A stretch of DNA of 34,661 bases from a virus (taxonomy: Duplodnaviria > Caudoviricetes), in the IMG/VR virus record IMGVR_UViG_3300037883_000322, positions 1-34,661 of that record; one strand, 5' to 3'. Shown here in pieces: positions 7,118-16,834 of the stretch (position 1 is the first letter of the stretch; every line of letters starts with the position of its first letter). The position numbers and the translations under genes were made by a program. The notes below the pieces were generated by a model. It made no database searches, had not been told where the DNA came from, and was given only the letters and a program-made list of their open reading frames with translations.

Positions 7118-7196
7118 ATTCTGAAACATTTATGAAGTCTGTCCAGTGCTTGCTATCCACAGGTGGTCTTGCGTGATTTCTTGAAAGTGGTATGGT
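7118..7196. promoter_or_regulatory. Divergent promoters around a DnaA-box-like CTATCCACA
   Basis: (-) TGGACA-N16-CAGAAT; (+) TTGCGT-N16-TATGGT; box at 7153-7161. Confidence 0.55.
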
Positions 7197-7233
7197 GAGA
7201 AAAAGGTCGATAAAAAGTTAGGTCGATAAAAAC

Positions 7234-7941
7234 ATGAGCTTAGCATCAATAATTTTGGTCTTACAGGTGGCGGTGAGCCTTCTCGTAAACCCGAATCTTG
7301 CGAATAATCTTGCGGCAAAGCAGCAAGCAGTTGACTTCGCAAATCAAGCAATTGCACTGGCGAATCAGGCATTACAGCAGCCAGTAACGACAAGCCTTCA
7401 GGACACCGTAAGCACAAGCACTCCTCCGGCTTTTCCTTCGATCAGTTCTGATACGGTGGCGGGAACGGGAGCAGGAACGGGAACAGAGACCGTCGCGCCA
7501 GTGCAGCCGACATCGACTCCGGTGGTGCCGAAGACAATACAGGTTATTTTTTCGGCAAACAGTGATGAGGGGTTTGTGACGATCACTAACACGACGGGCG
7601 TGACCGTGAGAATCAAGAATCTCGACGTTACAAGCGGAACTCTCGCGGGAATTAGTTTCGGAAAGACGTACGGTGATGGGTATGTGTACTCGGGATCGTT
7701 CGCAGATTCGTTGGGAAACACGTTCAATCGTTTCTCATGTAACGGACTCGGAAGTCTGGGGCAAGCAGTTCAATACGGCGGTTCGGTTGATCCGTGCGCT
7801 CGGAAAGACGGAAGCGGGGCAATCAACGAATTGCAAGCGGGCGAGATGATGATTCTTAGATACACGGGTTCACCATCAGGCGTGACGTATCAGACAGGAA
7901 GTATCGTTGAAGCAGGAAACGGAAGCGACGTTACGTTCTAA
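7234..7941 (+). CDS. Secreted/membrane-anchored surface protein (moron)
   Basis: N-terminal hydrophobic helix, Q/A-rich helix, P/T linker, beta-rich C-domain with a Cys pair; own promoter and terminator. Confidence 0.8.
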   Translation: MSLASIILVLQVAVSLLVNPNLANNLAAKQQAVDFANQAIALANQALQQPVTTSLQDTVSTSTPPAFPSISSDTVAGTGAGTGTETVAPVQPTSTPVVPKTIQVIFSANSDEGFVTITNTTGVTVRIKNLDVTSGTLAGISFGKTYGDGYVYSGSFADSLGNTFNRFSCNGLGSLGQAVQYGGSVDPCARKDGSGAINELQAGEMMILRYTGSPSGVTYQTGSIVEAGNGSDVTF

Positions 7942-7944
7942 AAG

Positions 7945-7986
7945 AAAAAACACCGCTGTCATGTTCTGAATGAGGCGGTGTTTTTT
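7945..7986. terminator. Bidirectional intrinsic terminator
   Basis: A6-CACCGC...GCGGTG-T6 between convergent genes. Confidence 0.8.
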
Positions 7987-7991
7987 GTTTG

Positions 7992-9713
7992 CTATTTCTT
8001 CTTGGAAGTCTTTGGGGGTGTGGGGATCGTGTCGCTGATCGTGATGCCGAGAACATTGGCTAAAACTGATAAGAGCTTGTTGGCGGAGTTAGGATCTTTC
8101 TGAAGTTCTTGGTAGCCTTCGACTTGAAGGGGGACGAGTAGATTTTGCGCTTCGCTGCCGATGGTGGGCTTTGTTCCCTGGAAGGTACTCCCAGTTATGT
8201 AGAGGTCTCTCACGACTGACGCGGCGGGCGAGAGTTTATCAGAAAGATACGTGTCCAAGACACTCCCGATGGTTTGTCCACCAAAGACAGGTTTGCCGTT
8301 TTTCCCGGTGGCATTCAAGTCGGTGAGTTTGCCGGTTGAGCTTTTGGTTTTCATCGTGAGTAAGCGGGCGGCTAGCGTGGTGAACGCGGCGTTGCCACCT
8401 GAGATATTGAAGAGCGTGTTTCCGACTTTGATCTTCCCGAAGCTCGAACTCTGCGGGTTGAGTTCTGCGCTGCCTGGACGGATGGCGTTCGCGGTTCCCA
8501 TGACAGTCGCAACGGAGACGATCATTTTGACGAGGTTTAAGGCGGCTTGTTTCTGCGTGAATCCGGTCATGCCGCTCCCGAGAACGGGCTGGCCTACAAG
8601 AACGTCATACGAGGCTTTTGCAAGGCGCGGAGAAAAGAATACGTTGTTGAGTTCCGTTGCCGCGCCTTCTAGTCGCTGGCCGAAGGTGCCGCGTCCGGTG
8701 AGGGAGTTAACAAGTTTACCGATTGCGGGAAGCTGTTTCGGGTCGGTCAGATCGACTCCGTTCTTTTGCGCCAGAGTGACGTAAGTGTCGGCAAGATCGG
8801 CGCGGTTGAGATATTGAAATGATTCGAAGGCATTTTTGCTTGCATCAAAGATTCTCCCGGCATAGGGAATTTTGGCCGGAAGAGAGCTGGGAAACTGCTC
8901 CTCAACAGTTCCGACCGCAAGACCCATTTTCTTATATGTTCCATTAATTGCATTGGGCCGAGACTGGATGTCGGCTTTGACTTCATCCATGACCTTCTGC
9001 CCGCCAAGAGTGCGCCCGAAGTTTTTAAACATCTCCAATCCGTTGCGGAACCAAACGCTTGGATGGCTGGTAAGCGTTCCGAAGCCCTGTTTGAAAAGTG
9101 ACGTGACCTCGATGGACGCTTTGAATGATTTGGTAGTGGCCGCAGCTTCAGAGACGGTTTTCCCTGCGGTCTTGATAACTCCGTCAGTTTTGGCGCGTTC
9201 CAATAGTGAGGGGGCGTTGCTCTTTTTTAATCCCTCGACATAGTTGCCTAACGCGACGGCTTTTCGGCCATAGTCGAGACGGTCGCCTCCGTTTGCAATC
9301 GCGTCTTTCGCGGCGCTCGCTTCTTTGGCCATCTGACTGATCTTCTGGGCTTCTTCGACCGTGACTTCTGTACCGAGCTTCTTGTTGGCAAGATCGTTAA
9401 GGAATGATTTCAGATCGGTAGGATTGAGGACGGTATCAAGCTTGTTAATTTTCGAAATGATGTCGTTGCGGACTTCTGGTTTCAGGCCCGCAACGGTCTT
9501 CGCCCAATTCACCATTCCGGCCTGTTGATCTTTCAGTAGAAGTTTGCTTTCGAAGAGTGCATTTACTTCTGACGCGTTGTCCTTGCCAACGATACCAGCG
9601 AGGAAATTGTTCCGTTCCTCAGATGACATTGAGGAAAGTTTTTGTGGATTGATCTCGCCGGACTTGAGGGCGGTCTTAAATGCGTTGGCGAGACTTTGTG
9701 GTAAGCAGATCAT
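7992..9713 (-). CDS. Probable internal virion / DNA ejection protein
   Basis: Large helical protein at the end of the virion operon; assignment is positional. Confidence 0.6.
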   Translation of the reverse strand: MICLPQSLANAFKTALKSGEINPQKLSSMSSEERNNFLAGIVGKDNASEVNALFESKLLLKDQQAGMVNWAKTVAGLKPEVRNDIISKINKLDTVLNPTDLKSFLNDLANKKLGTEVTVEEAQKISQMAKEASAAKDAIANGGDRLDYGRKAVALGNYVEGLKKSNAPSLLERAKTDGVIKTAGKTVSEAAATTKSFKASIEVTSLFKQGFGTLTSHPSVWFRNGLEMFKNFGRTLGGQKVMDEVKADIQSRPNAINGTYKKMGLAVGTVEEQFPSSLPAKIPYAGRIFDASKNAFESFQYLNRADLADTYVTLAQKNGVDLTDPKQLPAIGKLVNSLTGRGTFGQRLEGAATELNNVFFSPRLAKASYDVLVGQPVLGSGMTGFTQKQAALNLVKMIVSVATVMGTANAIRPGSAELNPQSSSFGKIKVGNTLFNISGGNAAFTTLAARLLTMKTKSSTGKLTDLNATGKNGKPVFGGQTIGSVLDTYLSDKLSPAASVVRDLYITGSTFQGTKPTIGSEAQNLLVPLQVEGYQELQKDPNSANKLLSVLANVLGITISDTIPTPPKTSKKK

Positions 9714-9717
9714 GTTT

Positions 9718-11841
9718 TTAGCAAGCTATTGAATCGACGAATGAGTTCCAGTCGCGGGGCTTCGTGCTGGCTTTTGTTATTTCTTTCGTGATGTCATCGG
9801 ACACTTTATCGCGCAAGACATCAACGCTCTTGCCTGCGTATTTCGCTTGGGCGGCTTGTTCGCGGGCTGCTTGGACGCTCCTGATCGCTTCGGTCGGATT
9901 TTCGGGGTTTCTTTCGGCAAGCATCCGAAGGCGCTGGCCCATCGTGGTTGCTTCGGACGTAAGACGGGAGTTTGCAAGTTCTTTTAGTGTCTGACCATCG
10001 CCGCGTTCTATCGCGTCATTTTCAACGGCGATAAAGACAGCTTCAGGAGTCAAACCCTTGGGTGGGGCCTTAGCGCCGTAGGCGACTTGCTTTGCGGTTT
10101 CGGGGTCCTTTTGAAAAAGGTCAATGGCTCGTGCGCCTTGGTCGGCAACGTCCATTTGTTTGTATTGGGGAAGATCGGCGAAAACATCTGCGAGTTTTGC
10201 AGAGATAGCTTTTGCCTCCACGCCTTGAGAGAGGCCACGAGTTTTCGTGTCTCCAATTCCTTCAACGGGTCGCAACGCCCCAGCGGGCATTGACTTCGAC
10301 GACGCGGTAGGCTCTTGGGTCGGTGATGTGTTTTCTATCGGGGTCGTTTTTTCGGATGGTTTAGGTTCGGCGGTGGCTGTTTCAAGTGCTTTGGCTTCGG
10401 GCGGCGCCCAGGATGGTAGCTCTGATTGCTTCGGCTGTGGCGCTGGGGGCTGCGGTGCTTCGGTCTTGGGTAGTGCAGTTTCAACGGCGGGAGATTGCTT
10501 TGTAAAACCCTCTCTGTCTTTTGCCATCTCCTGAGCCTTGGCGAGTAATTGATGTGCGCCTTCGCTGCCGAATTCCTTTGCAAGCGTTTCGAGGACCGGG
10601 ATACTGACTGCCTTCCCGCCTACGATCTGGCCCGCCAGAGAAGAAGCTGCTCGGACTGCCGGTTCAAGGTTCTGTTTTGCTTGATCGGAAATATTGAGCG
10701 ATTGAAGGGCTTTGACGCCGGTATCTCCGCTTACATCCCCAAGGGTGGCGAACGGGACATTGAAGATAAGTTTTGAGATGCTTCCTACGATGGGGATTTT
10801 GTTAGCGACGTTGAACCAAGTGGTGATTGGCGTTAAGCCTCCCTGGACGAGAGTGGTTGCTGCTTGCAAACCGTCTGAAATGTCTTGAGACGCGGGAGCG
10901 CCTGATTTGATTCCGTCGATGAGATGTTGAAGTGTCGCGTTGAACGCGTCGCTCACTTGTTTCACGTCGTCGAACGGAGTGGTGAGGATTTGCTTCACCG
11001 AATTACCGAGAGACAGGGGGTTGGTTTGCAAGTCTGCGAGAGTTTGGGTGAGCGCCGGGAATTTAGTGAGAAGAGTTTGGCCGGGATCGTCGCCAAAAGG
11101 ATGAGTGATCGCATTGGCGAAGTTTTTTGCGCCTGTGGCTAGTGTGTCGCCTACTTTCTCGAAAAAACCCGGTTGAGGGGCGGCGGCGGGCGGCATGGTA
11201 TTTAATTTTGGAACAGGGCCGCCATCTTCAGGGAGAGTTAATCCTTTCACTTTGGCCATCTGTCTCCAAGAATCGAGAACGGAAATCTTTCCGTCTATGG
11301 CATCCTGTTTGAGTTGGTTTTCTATCGGGTCGGTGAGGGTTGGATTGCTAGTGGGGGAGTAAGGCTTTGTTGGATCTTTGCCGGGTTCTGGACGGAGGTT
11401 TGATTTGTTATTTGAGCCGCCGAGTTCGATCGGCATGATGTGATCGAGTTCGTCGAAGTGTCCAGCGGGAAGGCTATCTTTGATTGCTTGGCTTACTTGT
11501 TCCGGCATCCTGCCGTTTTTTAAAACGCTTGCGTCAATCTTTTGCGGCTTCGTGATGTCAAAGGGTAAAGCGGTGCGGTCTGAAAGAAGGTCGCTCCGTT
11601 GGTTCGCTTGATCTTGATATGTGAGAAGCGGTTTACCTGACGCGGGATCGGTAATGGTGGATGCGCCATAGGGACTTCCTTTGATTGTGGGAGTTATCGT
11701 TGGAGCCGGAGCAGGGGCGTCGTTGTAGAGGCGGATGGGGGCTGCTGGTTGGGGAGACGGGGAATCAGAATAGAGCCTTATCGGTGCGGGAGACGGCGAA
11801 GGTGAAGGGGATGATTGATTGCCGTCGTAGAGCGAGATCAT
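9718..11841 (-). CDS. Probable internal virion / ejection protein with embedded HNH domain
   Basis: Pro-rich N-terminus, ELDHIMPIELGGSNNKSNLRPEP HNH motif, A/G-rich helices, Pro/Glu linker. Confidence 0.65.
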   Translation of the reverse strand: MISLYDGNQSSPSPSPSPAPIRLYSDSPSPQPAAPIRLYNDAPAPAPTITPTIKGSPYGASTITDPASGKPLLTYQDQANQRSDLLSDRTALPFDITKPQKIDASVLKNGRMPEQVSQAIKDSLPAGHFDELDHIMPIELGGSNNKSNLRPEPGKDPTKPYSPTSNPTLTDPIENQLKQDAIDGKISVLDSWRQMAKVKGLTLPEDGGPVPKLNTMPPAAAPQPGFFEKVGDTLATGAKNFANAITHPFGDDPGQTLLTKFPALTQTLADLQTNPLSLGNSVKQILTTPFDDVKQVSDAFNATLQHLIDGIKSGAPASQDISDGLQAATTLVQGGLTPITTWFNVANKIPIVGSISKLIFNVPFATLGDVSGDTGVKALQSLNISDQAKQNLEPAVRAASSLAGQIVGGKAVSIPVLETLAKEFGSEGAHQLLAKAQEMAKDREGFTKQSPAVETALPKTEAPQPPAPQPKQSELPSWAPPEAKALETATAEPKPSEKTTPIENTSPTQEPTASSKSMPAGALRPVEGIGDTKTRGLSQGVEAKAISAKLADVFADLPQYKQMDVADQGARAIDLFQKDPETAKQVAYGAKAPPKGLTPEAVFIAVENDAIERGDGQTLKELANSRLTSEATTMGQRLRMLAERNPENPTEAIRSVQAAREQAAQAKYAGKSVDVLRDKVSDDITKEITKASTKPRDWNSFVDSIAC

Positions 11842-11844
11842 GGA

Positions 11845-12780
11845 TTATTTTTTGTCGTAACCGTCTGGGTAGGTTTCATAAACTTTCCGGGCGATGTCAT
11901 TGGGGTTAATGGTGGGATATTGTGTTTGAAGCTGGCGGATAAACTGTTCACGGGTTCCTGCTTTGTTGAGAGTGGTGCGGTTCGTTAAATCTTTGTTGAA
12001 TTTTGGGAGCACGGTGTTGGGATCAGTGCTCACGGTTTTGCCTGGGAGAATTTGATCGAATGTCCCCGTTTTTTCGTTCCATTGGAATGTTGCGCCATTG
12101 GCTCCCTTGATCGTTTTGGGGGCTGCGGTCGCTTGCTTCTGCTGTGTGGCCGATTGTGCCGCGTATGCTTTTGCCTGGCTCTCAAGCAAAGCGAGTTTTG
12201 CTTTATTGATGGCATCGGTTGAGGCGATGTCTTTAGAGTGTTGAGCGACCAGATCATGAACAGATTTGAGTTTCGTGTTGTATTCAGACTGAAGATTCTT
12301 AATATCCCCATTGGCAAGAAGCTGAAGGTTGCGAGAGCGTCCCACTCTGTTTGCTTCGTCGAGCCAAGGGTTGTCGTTGATTTTGCCAAGTGCGGTGTTT
12401 AGGTCGCTCTGCTTGCTGGCGATAGTGTTTGAAAGCGTGTCGAGTCCTGCGGACGTGTAGGCATCGTTATAAAACTTGGTCGTGTCTTCGGAGGGAGCGC
12501 CGAGTTTATCGAGAGCGTCCTGGTAAGAATTGAATCCAAGCTGCTTTGCTACTTCATCATGGGCGGTGTTGAGATCAGTGACGGGCTGGGCGGGGACGGG
12601 AGTTCCGAATCCGGTTCCCTTGCCAATGTCGCCGGTGGCCGTGTCCATCGCGCCAAGACGCGTTTCGTATTGGTCTAAGTTTTCGCCGGGGATAGCGTTC
12701 AGATTTGGCGCGGGACTTGCGGGTGAGGCTGTTGAAACTGGCGCGGCGGGAGTGGTAATGGGTGCTGAGTAGTCAGGCAT
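11845..12780 (-). CDS. Probable internal virion / ejection protein
   Basis: Pro-rich N-terminus, Q/A coiled coil; follows the adaptor gene. Confidence 0.55.
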   Translation of the reverse strand: MPDYSAPITTPAAPVSTASPASPAPNLNAIPGENLDQYETRLGAMDTATGDIGKGTGFGTPVPAQPVTDLNTAHDEVAKQLGFNSYQDALDKLGAPSEDTTKFYNDAYTSAGLDTLSNTIASKQSDLNTALGKINDNPWLDEANRVGRSRNLQLLANGDIKNLQSEYNTKLKSVHDLVAQHSKDIASTDAINKAKLALLESQAKAYAAQSATQQKQATAAPKTIKGANGATFQWNEKTGTFDQILPGKTVSTDPNTVLPKFNKDLTNRTTLNKAGTREQFIRQLQTQYPTINPNDIARKVYETYPDGYDKK

Positions 12781-12782
12781 GT

Positions 12783-13532
12783 TTATGGGAAATTACCGAT
12801 ATTTGTGTTGAAGCGGTTGCGCCGCTGTGGGAATAAGTCTCCAGTGTTGAAGAAGGGGCGGTTTTGAGGGGTGTCTTCGGCGTTCCGTTCGCCCATTGGT
12901 TCCCAAACTTTATCGAGAATCGCGTATGCCCGTTTTTCTTCTTCGACTGCGCCGGTCGGGTTCTTCTTTTTTTCTGAGCTAAGAAGATATGAATAAGCAA
13001 GGGTGATGATGGCTTCGTTGCCGCTGTTTTGGCTCGTGTCAACTGAAGGCGAGAATGGGAGAAGATCGGTGTCGTTCACCATCGTCGGGGCGCGGAGTTT
13101 TCCGAATACGTCAACTTCCTGTCCAACAAGAACGGCGTTAGCGTTCAAGAAGATGAAGCGGTCGAATTCTGACCAGATGAGCGAGTTGTCGGTCGGGTAA
13201 TCCGAAAACCATTTTTGATAATCGGGGAAGTTGCGTTTGCCGTTTCCCTGGCCGAGCCAAGAGACAGCGTTCACCATAATCATGTAGACGCTCTTGTCTT
13301 CAAAATCATTGGGGTAGTCGATATATCCGTTGTAGGGATTCGGGATCGTCGTCTTATAGGCTTTTTGCGTGAACGTCCACGGCTTATAGTCCCACGCTTT
13401 CTTGAGGCCGAAGTTGATGGCGTCAATGATGTCCTGAAGTGCGAAGAGCGCGTTATTGCCCGCTGCAACGTCGGTAAGCGAGATGTTGAGCTTCGTGTTA
13501 CAGAGATTTGTTTTTGCCGCTGAGAATTGCAT
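12783..13532 (-). CDS. Head-tail adaptor (tail tubular protein A-like)
   Basis: AIN..LKKAWDYKPWTF, YPNDF, LPF..EAIITLAYSYLL helix-beta-helix pattern; position. Confidence 0.65.
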   Translation of the reverse strand: MQFSAAKTNLCNTKLNISLTDVAAGNNALFALQDIIDAINFGLKKAWDYKPWTFTQKAYKTTIPNPYNGYIDYPNDFEDKSVYMIMVNAVSWLGQGNGKRNFPDYQKWFSDYPTDNSLIWSEFDRFIFLNANAVLVGQEVDVFGKLRAPTMVNDTDLLPFSPSVDTSQNSGNEAIITLAYSYLLSSEKKKNPTGAVEEEKRAYAILDKVWEPMGERNAEDTPQNRPFFNTGDLFPQRRNRFNTNIGNFP

Positions 13533-13572
13533 GGAAGGATTAATTTAAGTTTAAGGTGTTGGTGCGTGGTGT

Positions 13573-14892
13573 CTAGGGGACGATCTGCACAACTTGGCCA
13601 TTCTGTCCCGACTGGGCCGTCTGGCCGTTTTGACCTCCTGAGTTGCCGAGCCCTCCGGCTCCTGGCGTTCCGGCGTTCACGGTCACGGTTCCGTTGTTTA
13701 CATAGTTGGGGGTGATAAAGATTTCAACTCCGCCGTTGCCCGGTGCACCTCCTCCTCCCCCGCCGCCTCCGTGGTTTTCGTTGCCTCCGGTGGCCGCTCC
13801 TCCGTCGCCTCCCTTGCCTCCTTTGCCGCCGTTGGAAGTTACTGACCCCGTATTGGTAATGGTGATGGAGGGCGAAGCAAACCAGCCGATGCCCGCAGGT
13901 GCGCCTGACCCGCCTCCACCTCCCCCTCCTGCGTCAGAATCATTTGAGTTGATTCCTACTCCTGATCCACCTCCGGCTCCTGAACCGGGCGTGGGATTGC
14001 AACCGATTCCGCCAAGAGCGTTTACGAGCAGTCTGACGATCTCAAGAGATGAGAGGGCGGTGGTCCTGGTAGCGGTGCCGCCGATTCCGCCAAGGCTTGA
14101 ATTGTCGGTGAAGCCACTGGCGGGCTTGATGTCGCCTTTTCCGCTTTGAGCGCCGTTCGCGGCGTTGTTAGGCAAGCAGCAATTCGTTTCATTAACTCCG
14201 TTGAGGCCGTTCTTTGAATTTTGTGTGCCGTCGTTATTTCCAAGGCCGGGGCTTCCGGCAAGACCGTTTCCTGGCTCCTTGATGGTGCCTGTAGGAACTC
14301 CGATACCAGCAGTTCCCGCGACTCCTCCGGTGCCTCGTCCGCCGGGTGTGGAAGTGGTTTGTCCTGGGCCTCCGTCGCCAGCGTCACCTCCGTCATCTGA
14401 AACATGGCCGGAGATGATGATTGATGTCTTGGCATAAAATTTGAACCCTGCGCGTTTGAGCGTGATGCCGGAATTCAAAACGAACGTGGTAGCAAAGACA
14501 TCGCGAGTCAGTGTGTACGTGCTTCCTGAGAGCGAAGCGAAGCCAAATGTATTGGTTCCATCCATCGTGACGGCTCCATCTGAGCCGGTTCCGTAATCGA
14601 AGCGGGAGCCTACTGGTATAGAGTTCCACTGATTATTTGTATAGAAGTAGAGATACGTTTGTCCGTTGATGACGGCGAATTGAATCTGATCTTCGAATGT
14701 CTGGGGAACGGTGGTCGGGGCTGCGGTGAGGTTGCGTTTGATTGCCTGTAGATCAACGAGAATAGGGCGAAATTCCTCTAAGTCGCTTTGGTGTGCTGGG
14801 GCCGTTGTCTGCGGAGTCTGGGTGTCAGAAGTATTCTCCTCCATTGTGACAGAACCATCTTGTATCGCTTTATTGAGATCGTCCTGGGTCAT
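13573..14892 (-). CDS. Glycine-rich tail fibre / receptor-binding protein
   Basis: YGTGSDG, GGxGG repeats, GGGGSGA..GIGW, NGTVTVNAG motifs. Confidence 0.75.
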   Translation of the reverse strand: MTQDDLNKAIQDGSVTMEENTSDTQTPQTTAPAHQSDLEEFRPILVDLQAIKRNLTAAPTTVPQTFEDQIQFAVINGQTYLYFYTNNQWNSIPVGSRFDYGTGSDGAVTMDGTNTFGFASLSGSTYTLTRDVFATTFVLNSGITLKRAGFKFYAKTSIIISGHVSDDGGDAGDGGPGQTTSTPGGRGTGGVAGTAGIGVPTGTIKEPGNGLAGSPGLGNNDGTQNSKNGLNGVNETNCCLPNNAANGAQSGKGDIKPASGFTDNSSLGGIGGTATRTTALSSLEIVRLLVNALGGIGCNPTPGSGAGGGSGVGINSNDSDAGGGGGGGSGAPAGIGWFASPSITITNTGSVTSNGGKGGKGGDGGAATGGNENHGGGGGGGGAPGNGGVEIFITPNYVNNGTVTVNAGTPGAGGLGNSGGQNGQTAQSGQNGQVVQIVP

Positions 14893-16583
14893 GTCTGGTC
14901 GTAGCCGATGTCATCGAAGACGAAATAAGAAGTCTGAAGTTCAAGGGCGAGATTCGCTCCGATGTTGTCGATGACGACCTTTGCAAGAAACTGTTTTGCT
15001 TTGATGTCGTTTCTTACGTCGAAGTAAATGTTCTTGAGGGAAGAAAGAGACGTGAAGACTTTCTTTTGAACGAGGACGAAAGGTTGAACATTGAGATACA
15101 CGTTGTTCTCGGTGGGATTGGCAAAGGTAGTGTCGAGCGTCCATGTTTCGGTATTAGTTCCGCCGTTGGCGATTGAAGTGATGTGCGCGACGCTGCCGGC
15201 ATTGAGGCCATTCAAGATAGTGACTTCATCTCCAACGCGGGCGGTTGAATAGGCGGTGTTCGTTCCATCCACGCGGATTTGATTGTTGGCTCCAAGCTGC
15301 GCGGTCGTGACTTGTGCGCCCCAAAGCTGGCGCTTGAAGTCGTAGAGTTTGAGCGCAATGTTGAACGTGGTGGTTGCGGGATCGGTGATGGAATTGAGAA
15401 GTCCAAGATTGATGATGACGGCCTCTGCAACCTTATCGGTCGGCCCGAAAAATGTGCGCTGATAGTGTGGTCGGCCAATTCCAATTTCCTCTGAAATCCA
15501 AAGGGCGGAAGTCGGGGGAGTGTTCGTGATGGCGGCGATGTAATTATTCGTCAATTTGTTATCTCGGTAACTGAGGAAAATGCGGTTGTTGTTTACGTCT
15601 GGAAAAACTGCATTGATGTCCACATTGATTGAATTCCCGGTGGGAAGGGGAAGATAGCTCCACGCATGACGAGAGAGTGAGTAGAGATAGACGCCAGGCT
15701 TGATTTTGCCGAATTCGTAATTGAGCGGACCGGAAGATCGGCTTGTGATCGGGAAAATGAGGTCGTCGTTAATGACAAGAAGCTGTTGGGGGGTGAGACT
15801 CGTTTCATAGGCATTGAAAGAGAGGGGATCGTTGAGAATGCTGAAAAGAGGTTTGATCGTGTAGCCATTCGTGACAAGCGTTTCGCGCTGGGTTTTTACA
15901 ATCCAGTTCTCGCCGAATTTGTCGATAGCGATGATCTTGCCTTTCGTCCATTTCCACGTTGTTTTTGATCGTGTGGCGTTTCCGTCCCAAAGAATGAGTG
16001 CTCCCTGGTAGCCGAAGTTTGCTCCTATCAATATTCCGGTCGGGCCGGAACGAAGCGCGGCAATGGACATTTTCGAGGGGATGCTGAAAGCGGTGGGGTT
16101 CCACGTTCCATCGGAGAATAGGACGGCAACGCTTGAGACGTTGGCGATGACCCGCAAGTCTTCAAAGGTATCCATCGGGTGCTGGCCAGCGATAAGGTTT
16201 TGAAGATTGTCCGTCCAGGTGGTGCCGTCGTACAAGCCGAGCGTGGTGTTTTGAGCGTAGAGAAGATTCCCGAACTGATCTCCGAGCAGTCCCGCTCCGT
16301 TGCCTCCGGGGGATCGGGCAATCGTGAAGTCATAAGCTCCGGGGGTCTGTTCCTTGAGTATTTGTCCTGCGTCATCTTGGGCGTACATGACGCCATTTGC
16401 GTTTGCAAAGTATTTGATGTTCCCCATTCCGCTGACTTGGACGGAAGTTCTTTTGTTGAGGATTGAATATTGCGTCGCAGCGCCGTAGAGGGACGGAATG
16501 AAATTCTGCGAGTAATAAGAAGTCCCCGGAATATTTTTATCCGAAAACCCTTGTGTTGCTGCGAATGGAAATACGCGGATCAT
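14889..16583 (-). CDS. Tail nozzle / head-stabilisation protein (beta-propeller-like)
   Basis: 564 aa beta-rich with YDGTTW and WDG motifs; podovirus tail position. Confidence 0.6.
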   Translation of the reverse strand: MIRVFPFAATQGFSDKNIPGTSYYSQNFIPSLYGAATQYSILNKRTSVQVSGMGNIKYFANANGVMYAQDDAGQILKEQTPGAYDFTIARSPGGNGAGLLGDQFGNLLYAQNTTLGLYDGTTWTDNLQNLIAGQHPMDTFEDLRVIANVSSVAVLFSDGTWNPTAFSIPSKMSIAALRSGPTGILIGANFGYQGALILWDGNATRSKTTWKWTKGKIIAIDKFGENWIVKTQRETLVTNGYTIKPLFSILNDPLSFNAYETSLTPQQLLVINDDLIFPITSRSSGPLNYEFGKIKPGVYLYSLSRHAWSYLPLPTGNSINVDINAVFPDVNNNRIFLSYRDNKLTNNYIAAITNTPPTSALWISEEIGIGRPHYQRTFFGPTDKVAEAVIINLGLLNSITDPATTTFNIALKLYDFKRQLWGAQVTTAQLGANNQIRVDGTNTAYSTARVGDEVTILNGLNAGSVAHITSIANGGTNTETWTLDTTFANPTENNVYLNVQPFVLVQKKVFTSLSSLKNIYFDVRNDIKAKQFLAKVVIDNIGANLALELQTSYFVFDDIGYDQT

Positions 16584-16834
16584 TTATGAAAATAGGTGAC
16601 GTAAGCGATAAGGGCGACGTTGAGAGTGAGAACGATGCCGAGGCCGATATAAACAAGACGTTCAAGAGAGTCGATCTTTTTCGCGGCAACATCAAAATCA
16701 GTCTTGTTGACTTTTTCTTCTTCGAGTGCGGTAACGCGGGCGGTAGTGTTGTCCTTCAGTTCCTTAATATCCACAAGCGCCCGGTCGAGTTTCGTAGCAA
16801 TCTGTATCAAAAGATCGTGGTCGTTATCGTTCAT
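16580..16834 (-). CDS. Coiled-coil plus C-terminal TM protein (XhlA/holin-like)
   Basis: DHDLLIQI..RVTALE..LE coiled coil then a hydrophobic helix; ATGA overlaps on both sides. Confidence 0.7.
   Translation of the reverse strand: MNDNDHDLLIQIATKLDRALVDIKELKDNTTARVTALEEEKVNKTDFDVAAKKIDSLERLVYIGLGIVLTLNVALIAYVTYFHK

Noticed and set aside
13706-14437. Pro-rich plus-strand ORFs
   Set aside because: Antisense shadows of the Gly-rich tail fibre
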